From: Candidatus Jordarchaeales archaeon
GTDB lineage: Archaea; Asgardarchaeota; Jordiarchaeia; Jordiarchaeales; Freyrarchaeaceae
Assembly (NCBI GenBank): GCA_038889235.1
Contig: JAWAHN010000001.1
Location: 180,001-212,000, forward strand
Reading direction: 5' to 3'
DNA: 32,000 bases
The notes below the pieces were generated by a model. The model searched no databases. It had not been told where the DNA came from and saw only the letters and a program-made list of their open reading frames with translations. The translations under genes and the position numbers were made by a program. Within the stretch, counting starts at the first letter, position 1. Every line of letters starts with the position of its first letter. Below, in pieces: positions 18,117-25,400 of this stretch.

Positions 18117-21100
18117 ACGGCTTCAAACTCACTTCACTACAACTGAAAAATTTTCTCACATACAGTGAAGAATATCTGAGACTCCCAAAGGAGGGCTTGA
18201 TAGTCATCATAGGCGGAAATGGAACAGGCAAGACCAGCCTATTCAACGCCCTGCGGTTCGTCCTCGGCTCTAATCAGAAAGATCAAAGGTACCGCTCATG
18301 GAGCGACTTCATAAACAACCGTGTGAACGCCGCGTACGGTTGGGTTGAAGCCGTCTTTGAGGGAAACGGAGAGACTATTAAGCTGAGGAGAGAGGTGAGG
18401 CGCGGGGAGGCACCGAGATCATACGTCAACGGGAGAAGGGTAAGCGCGGACGAGTTGAGAAAAGTTGTCCGCGAAAAGCTTGGGATAGACCCAGATAACC
18501 CCCTGGTCTTCGTGCCTCAGGGACGTGTAGATGCGATTAGAGACATGGAGACGGAGAAGCTGAGAGCTTTCATAGAGGAGCTGACTGGTCTCGCAGAGAA
18601 CAGAAGGATTATCGATGAAAAGGAGAGGGAACTTGAAGTGGTACGAAGGGAGGCGGAGAAGCTTAGGGAGGATATTTTAACCTTTCAGGAGAGAGAGGCA
18701 AGGCTGGCTCTGAAGTTTGAAAAGTGGAAGAAGAGGAGGGAGGTGGAGGAGCGGCTTAAGGCGCTTGAGAGCGAGGCCGTATGGAGCAGGATGGCCGAGT
18801 GGGAGGCTAAACTAAAGGAGCTGGCGGAGGCTGAAAGGAGGGCGGCAACATCTGTTGAGGAGAAGTACGCAGCTTTCAAGAAGGTTGCTGGGGAAGTAGA
18901 AGAGCTGGAGAGGGAGTTGGGTGCTAAGAGGGCAAAGGAGGCGGAGATTGATGCTGAGGTTAACAGGCTTAGGGAGGAGAGGATGAACCTTGAAGCTAGA
19001 TTAAGGGGTGTGTTGGGAGGGCGGGATAAGACGCTGGAGAATTTGAGGAGGAAAGAGGAAGAGCTGGAAAGGATTAAGGGAGACGTCGAGGCTCTGAGGA
19101 GGAGAGTGAAGTGGCTTGAGGAAAGAGAGAAAAAACTTGAGGACGACAGGCAGAAAGTGCTGTCAAAAATCGAAGAGTTAAGGAAAGAGCTAGAGAGGAT
19201 TTCCGTTGAGAAGGAGAAGTTTAGGGGGTGGGAGGCTGAGTGGAGAGCTGCTAAGGCCGAGCTGGAGAGGGTGAAGGAGAAAATTGAGGTGCTGAATAAG
19301 GAGAAGGCTCGGGTTGGCTCTGAGCTGGAGAGAGTGGGAAGGAGGATTCTGGAGTGTAACAGGAGGGTGGCGGAGCTCGTTAGCATAGTGGAGAATTACG
19401 ATGAAGATGGGTTGAAGAAGAGGAGAGAGGAGCTGAGGTCGGAAAGGGAGAGGCTTGTAAGGGCGAGTATACGTGTTGAGGATGAAGTCAAGAAGTACGA
19501 TGAGAAGATTAACGCGCTCAGAAAAATGCTTTTAAACGTTGGTAGCAGGGTGCCGGAGCAAGTCGAAATGCTGGAGAGAGATGTGAAAAACAGGAGGATG
19601 GAGGTGGAAGGCCCCCTCCTTAAGCTGATCGAGGTGGATGACAAGTATGCTAAGGCCACCGAGGCGATTTTCGGGAGAGAGCTGCTGGCATTCGTGGCGT
19701 TCGACGAACCCGACTTCCAGGTTTTGAACGAACTTAGAAAAAAGTATAACGCCTGGTGCACCATATACCTTCCGAAAACCCTTGAAGCACCCGCTCTGGG
19801 AAGGATAGAAGACGAAGGGGTTATTGGCTGGCTCGAGGATGTGCTGAAGTTCCCTGAAAGGGTCAGGGTGATTATAAGGGAAATAACCCGAAGGACTTTG
19901 TTAGTTAAAGACTTTAAGAGCGCGCTTGCGCTCAGCAGGAAGTATAAGGGGTTGAGGTTTGTTACAGTTGACGGCGAGGTAGTGGAGGACTTCGAAAACG
20001 TCTTGCGAAGCCCCCACAGGAAAATTAAGGGACTCCTGGACGTTAAGAGAATCACGGAAGAACTGGAGGAGAGCGTTATCGCTAGGGGACGGTTGGAGGA
20101 GGAGCTTAAATCCTTGAAGGAAAAGTTGGACGAGTTGAGGAGGGAGGAGGAGCGGGTTGAAAGAGCGCTCACAGTTATCCCGGAGTGGAGGATGCTTCTA
20201 AGGGAGAAGATGACGCTCGAAGAGGAGGAGAAGAAGCTGAAAGATGAGTTGAGGATGATTGAAGAGAATTTGGCGAGTATTTCAGCGGACAGGGAGAGAG
20301 CGGAAAGGACTCTAAGAAAGGTTGAGGAGAGGAAGCCTAAGGATTACACTGAGCTCGAGAAGGCTGAGATGGAGGCACTAAGAGAGCTCGAAGGGACGAG
20401 GAGAGAGCTTGACAGGTTGGAGGCTGAGCTGAGAAAAGTGATGAAGGAGAGGGAGGGGGCGCTGCTAAATATGAAGATGCTCGAAGCAACCGGCGAGTCT
20501 GTTTCAAAGGAAATCGACCTACTAAGGGAGGAGGTAGTGAGGGGGAGCGAGGAAGCTGAAGAGCTGACTAGAAAGATAGATGAGCTTAAAATAGTGGTTG
20601 AAGAGTGGCTGGCCCGTAAGAGGGACTATGAAAGGTCTATTGAAGTGCTGCTCCAAAAGCTGGGGGAGAGAAGGGAAAGAATGAAAGTGTTGGAGGAGAC
20701 ACTTGGAGAAGGGAGGAAGGAGCTGGAGAGTATTAAGAAAGAGATTTCCGCCGCGAAGGAGAGACTGAAGGAGCTGGAAAGGGAGGTGAGGGAGAGAGGG
20801 TTTGTGAAGCCTGCTAGGGTTAGGTCGCTCCCCGAGATCGAAGTGGAACGCACGCTCCTCGAGGAGGAACTTGCAAGCTTAGCAGACGTGGATGAAGGTG
20901 TCGTGAAAGAGAAGGAGGAGTTGGAGAGGGAGAGAGGATATCTCACTGAGAGATTTGAGAAGGTTAGAGAGGAACTGCAGGGAATTTTGGAGGAGTTAGA
21001 GAGAAGAAAGGAAGAGCACATGGTTAAACTGGTTGAGGCTGTCGATGAAGTTGAGAGGGAGGTTAACGAGCTGCTTGGGAGCGTCAACATGAGGTGCAAG

Positions 21101-21466
21101 TTAAGGGTTGCGGGAGGGTACAGTGAAGCTGGAGTGGAGGTTAAGTTGAGCGTAAAGGGTGGACCTTTAGTCAACGTTACAGCTGCAAGCGGAGGGGAAA
21201 GGTGTTTTTTCGCCATAGCGCTCATGGCGGCACTACAGAAGAAGGCGCGTACACCTCTCGTAGTACTAGACGAGCCGTCGATGCACCTTGACTCTGAAAA
21301 CACCGAGAGGACTGGAAAGATACTCAAGGAGATTTCTTCGGGGAGACAGCTGCTTGTCTTAGTTCCCGACAAGTACTTAGAGTTTACGAAGTATGCTGAC
21401 CAGTGCTACGGGACCGCCACTAGCAGCGGGGTTAGCGTAGTGATACCCGCCCGAATAAAGTGCTGA
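18113..21466 (+). CDS. smc: SMC-family ATPase with Smc5/6-like motifs (1117 aa)
   Basis: Walker A GGNGTGKT, Q-loop FVPQG, two long coiled coils around a central hinge (EGPLLKLIEVD...VTVDG), signature SGGE and Walker B LDEP..HLD. Confidence 0.92.
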   Translation: MNGFKLTSLQLKNFLTYSEEYLRLPKEGLIVIIGGNGTGKTSLFNALRFVLGSNQKDQRYRSWSDFINNRVNAAYGWVEAVFEGNGETIKLRREVRRGEAPRSYVNGRRVSADELRKVVREKLGIDPDNPLVFVPQGRVDAIRDMETEKLRAFIEELTGLAENRRIIDEKERELEVVRREAEKLREDILTFQEREARLALKFEKWKKRREVEERLKALESEAVWSRMAEWEAKLKELAEAERRAATSVEEKYAAFKKVAGEVEELERELGAKRAKEAEIDAEVNRLREERMNLEARLRGVLGGRDKTLENLRRKEEELERIKGDVEALRRRVKWLEEREKKLEDDRQKVLSKIEELRKELERISVEKEKFRGWEAEWRAAKAELERVKEKIEVLNKEKARVGSELERVGRRILECNRRVAELVSIVENYDEDGLKKRREELRSERERLVRASIRVEDEVKKYDEKINALRKMLLNVGSRVPEQVEMLERDVKNRRMEVEGPLLKLIEVDDKYAKATEAIFGRELLAFVAFDEPDFQVLNELRKKYNAWCTIYLPKTLEAPALGRIEDEGVIGWLEDVLKFPERVRVIIREITRRTLLVKDFKSALALSRKYKGLRFVTVDGEVVEDFENVLRSPHRKIKGLLDVKRITEELEESVIARGRLEEELKSLKEKLDELRREEERVERALTVIPEWRMLLREKMTLEEEEKKLKDELRMIEENLASISADRERAERTLRKVEERKPKDYTELEKAEMEALRELEGTRRELDRLEAELRKVMKEREGALLNMKMLEATGESVSKEIDLLREEVVRGSEEAEELTRKIDELKIVVEEWLARKRDYERSIEVLLQKLGERRERMKVLEETLGEGRKELESIKKEISAAKERLKELEREVRERGFVKPARVRSLPEIEVERTLLEEELASLADVDEGVVKEKEELERERGYLTERFEKVREELQGILEELERRKEEHMVKLVEAVDEVEREVNELLGSVNMRCKLRVAGGYSEAGVEVKLSVKGGPLVNVTAASGGERCFFAIALMAALQKKARTPLVVLDEPSMHLDSENTERTGKILKEISSGRQLLVLVPDKYLEFTKYADQCYGTATSSGVSVVIPARIKC

Positions 21467-21467
21467 G

Positions 21468-22040
21468 GTGGGTGGCGTGATAGACGAGGTACTGGCGATG
21501 GTTGAGACTGGAAAGGTTAACCCAGCCGACGTCGACTTGAAAGCCCTCCTAGTGGAAGTTAGGGAGGCTAGGAGTGGAGTCGAGTGGGGGGAGAAGATTT
21601 CAAAGTTAATACGGCTGGCTAGGCTTAAAGTTAGGGCACTGATTGAAAGTGTGATCTTACGGTTTGGGAAGCCGCCAGGTTTCGGCGTCACCTCCCCGCT
21701 GGTAATTCCGTGGATTGGTTTTAGTGAGGCTGAGAGGGCGCTTAGAGAGCTGGTGGAAGCTATGTCTAAGAGAATGGCTGCGAAGGGTGGTGACGAGACC
21801 TCACCAGCACTGCTCGTAGATAAGGAGACCGTTGAACTACATGTGGCTGAGGAGAGAAAGTACAGGGAATACGTGCAGGGTAAAATTAGAGAGCTGGGAG
21901 AGGCGAGATTGGAGGACTTGCTTGAAGGCGACATCTTAGAAAGGGCTTCCATCTTTGTAGAGGTTTTGAGGCTGATAAGCGAGGGGGTTTTAGGGTATGA
22001 CAAGTTGAGCGGGAGGGTTTTTGCGCTTGAACGAGTATGA
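21468..22040 (+). CDS. scpA: ScpA-like kleisin (short, 190 aa)
   Basis: N-terminal helical pattern (VETGKVNPADVDL...LIRLARLKVRAL) and C-terminal wHTH (ERASIFVEVLRLISEG.L). Directly follows smc. Confidence 0.7.
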   Translation: MGGVIDEVLAMVETGKVNPADVDLKALLVEVREARSGVEWGEKISKLIRLARLKVRALIESVILRFGKPPGFGVTSPLVIPWIGFSEAERALRELVEAMSKRMAAKGGDETSPALLVDKETVELHVAEERKYREYVQGKIRELGEARLEDLLEGDILERASIFVEVLRLISEGVLGYDKLSGRVFALERV

Positions 22041-22479
22041 AGTAGTGTTTGCTAGTATGGTTGCCAGTGGTTGGAGAGGGGTTAGCGTTAGGGATGTTGC
22101 AAGGGTCCTAGGAGTGGAGGGGGAGTTGGGAGAGTGGTATGCGATAAGGACTTTAGTGGGTATGGCAAAGATTTTAAGGCCTCTGGGTGTAGTCTTGAAG
22201 TTTAATCCTGTGACTGGGATGTGGGTTGCAACGCAAAGTAGTAAAACAGCTAAGGCTGCTGGGCTCCCGAAAAGGTTGAAGGCAACCCTCGCCGCCGTGC
22301 TTAGAGTTCAAAGCGAGCTTGGAGTTGCATCCATAGAAGAGGTTGTGAAGGTTAGGGGGAAGAGCAGGAGAAGCACTCTGGCAGATCTTAGGGAGCTTGA
22401 AGAAAAAGGGCTTGTTGAGCGTGTAGGAAAAAACGAGTTTAGGGTGTCAGGGGTGCTTGCCCCCTTCCTGGAGGGGTGA
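22021..22479 (+). CDS. scpB: ScpB-like KITE (tandem winged-helix) protein
   Basis: Two wHTH-like halves; the second (LKATLAAV...IEEVVKVRG...LRELEEKGLV) follows the ScpB pattern. Overlaps the kleisin stop. Confidence 0.7.
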   Translation: MRLNEYEVVFASMVASGWRGVSVRDVARVLGVEGELGEWYAIRTLVGMAKILRPLGVVLKFNPVTGMWVATQSSKTAKAAGLPKRLKATLAAVLRVQSELGVASIEEVVKVRGKSRRSTLADLRELEEKGLVERVGKNEFRVSGVLAPFLEG

Positions 22480-22487
22480 GCGCTGGT

Positions 22488-25400
22488 TCATAGCTTCCTA
22501 GCTTTCGCCGTTACATCTTGTAGGACCACGTTAAGCGCCTTTATTAGTTCCATGTTTGTCGTGTATATCCCGACGGGTTGGGGGGCTGCGACCGCCAAAG
22601 CCATCTCTTCGTTGTCCCTGTTTATAATGTAGAGGTTTGTCGGGTAGTGTCTGATTTGTACGTTGGGTGGGAGACCTGCGGGCGGAACACCTTTAACGTC
22701 GGTGACTATTATGGCTCTTTGCCTCGTGAGTTGCTTTACAGTGTCGAGTGGAACGTCGTCTATCGATGGGACCACCATGGTTATGGTGCTCTTGGTGTTT
22801 AGTAGGAGCGCCTTTATGAGTAGGTCCATGTGGGGTTTTCCCGCTATTCTACCGGTGTCCTCGAAGGGTTGAGGCTCTATTTCTTCGGCGAGCCTTGCTA
22901 CCGCGGATATTGTCTCGAGAGAGCGTGAAACGAGGTTCAGCCCTTTGTCGACGAATTCGGCGATCCGTGCTCCGCTTTCCTTAACAAGCGACGAGGACGA
23001 CCTCGCAGAGGAGGACAAGAGCTCATTGACCGAGGACTCAGCAGCTGAAACACTGCCCCGCCACTCTTCTAAGCTCTCTCCGAGTATCTTTGAAATCCTC
23101 TGCTCCGCTTCACTCGCTGTCGCGTCAAGCTCTTTGGAGACTGCTTCAACATGCTGCCTAACGCTTTGAAGGGACTGGAAGAGGCTTGTTTTAAGCGTTG
23201 CATGCCGCTTTTCGAGAGACGCGTGGAGGGAGCGCTGGAAGTCAGCAAGCTTGTCCTTGAGCACTGAGGAGGGCTTCTCCACAATGCTCGAAAGCCCTCT
23301 TACCTTCACTTCTATGACGTCGCGAATTTCCGCCGCGTAGCTGTCAATTGTCGAAAGCAAGTCGTACTTCACCTTTCCAGTGTACGACGCTAGGTCCCTT
23401 GAGACGGTAGCCGCCACCTCTTCGAGCCCCTTTAGAACCTTACCCTTCACCTCTTCCAGTGAGGCTACGCCTTCGCCCAGCAGCCTGCCAGCCTCCTCCC
23501 TGAACTCGGCTACGAATCCCGTCAGCTTTGAAAGGCCTTCCTTCAGCTCATCAGTAAGCCGGCGTTCCAGCTCATCTCTTATCATCGATATCTCCTTCAC
23601 TGAGAAGGAGACTTCTTCCTCAAGTGACGATGCAAACTTGTTAAGCTCCTTGCTTGTTCGCGATGCCACGTCAACTGCTACTTCGCTGAGCTTCGACCTA
23701 ATTTTTTCAGTTTCTTTCTCAGCAGCCTTAGGCAGGTTTGAACCAAGGGATGCAATAGCCTCCTTAAGCTTCGCCACTGATTCTCCAAGTTCGCTGTCAA
23801 CTTTACCTATCAACTGGTTGACGCTTGCCGAGGTTTCTCTGAGGGATGATGTGGCTTCATCAACAGCTTTCTTTAATTCATCTACCTTAGAGCTCATGGA
23901 CTCCTTTACCTTACCCGCCTGCTCCACCCAGGAGTTAGCCAACTCTCTCGTTCTCGCCGACATTGACTGGAACAAGCCCTTAACATTTTCTTCGGCGTTT
24001 GACAGGCTGCGGGCGACGCTCTCCCTAGCACTTGTAAGGGACTTTGCGGCTTTTAACCTTGAGGATTCCAGGTTCTCTTTTATGCTTGAAGCTGTGGACG
24101 AAAGCTTAGACTCTGCCTGCGACGAGGCCTCCTCAAGCATGGAGGACAGCTCTGATAGGAGTCTGTCGGCGGCCGCGCTAGTTTTTGAGCTTAGCGACGC
24201 TGCAAGTTCCGCCACCTTTTTCTCTAGTGATGAAGACAACTCCCCAACTAGTACGTTCACTTGCATTAGCGCCGCTTTCCCCTTTTCTGCGGCTTCATTA
24301 ACCTGTGAGGTAAACGAGTCCACAACGTTCCTAGTCGAAGAGAGAAGACCCCTCAACGTTGAGAGACTTTCGGTGTAGGACTTACCCAGCTGTAACCACG
24401 CCTCCTCGGCTTCAGCTTCCATTGTAGAGGAGTGCGCGGCCACCTCCTTCTCGGCTTCAGCTATCTTGGAACTTATTTTCGTTGATGAACGTGCTGTGGA
24501 TTCCCTTACCGAGCTGGCTTCGGCGGCGGCTTTTTCTAAGAGTGCAAGCATAGCGCTCTTAGCAGAGTTGATTGAGGTTATGGCTTTTTCTGCTTCGTGC
24601 GAGCTTATGGCGTTAAAGCGCTCTTTGAAGTCGTTGAAGAGCGCGTCCACCCGGCTGCGGAGGTCGCCCAGTTGTTTCGAGGTGAGCGTGTTGTACATTG
24701 AGGTGGCATCCCTCAGCTTTGAGGTTAACGCTCTGAATGATTCGTTTAGGGAGCTTGCCGCACCACTGACTAGGGATAGGGCGCCCTCCATGGCGACCCC
24801 GATGTTTCCAGTCATTCTGTTATAGTTGTCAACAATTGTCGACGATAAAGAGTCAACTGTAGCGTTCACCTGCAAGCACGCTTTCTCGAAGCTGGACGAG
24901 GCAGACGAGAGAGTTTCAGCGACTTTCTCAGCGTAGCTCTCAACTTCCCTTCTAATGTTGCTTCCCATGTTCGTAATGGATGCGCGGGCTTTCTCCACAG
25001 TTTTTCCTAACGCTTCCCCAACTTGTGACAATGTCTCAGCTGACAGCGAAGATATTCTCTGCTTTGTGGACTCGTCCTCGCTTTCTATGGATGCAAGCAA
25101 GCTTAACGTTCCCTTCTCAATTCGCTCTCCTAGGTACGTTATCACCTTGTCCACTTCGTCTATAAGCGAGGAGGCTATGGATTCAACTCTTTTCCTCTGG
25201 TCCTCGATAGCGTCTTCAAGTTCAGACCTTAGGCTCAGAACAGCGTCTCTTTGCCCTTTCAACGTGCTTAAGAGGGAGAGGAGTTCATCCTTACCAAGCT
25301 TCTTCTTGCCCTCAGCAACCTCTTCTATCGTTTTTATCACGTCAAGCACCTTGCTGACAACTGCTCTAGCTTTCTCCCCGACCGACGCCAAGCTGCTCCT

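Noticed and set aside
18113-22479. Canonical Wadjet (JetABCD) or Rad50/Mre11 locus
   Set aside because: No Toprim JetD or Mre11 nuclease gene, and no CxxC zinc hook. The SMC has a globular hinge, and the gene order is smc-kleisin-KITE.
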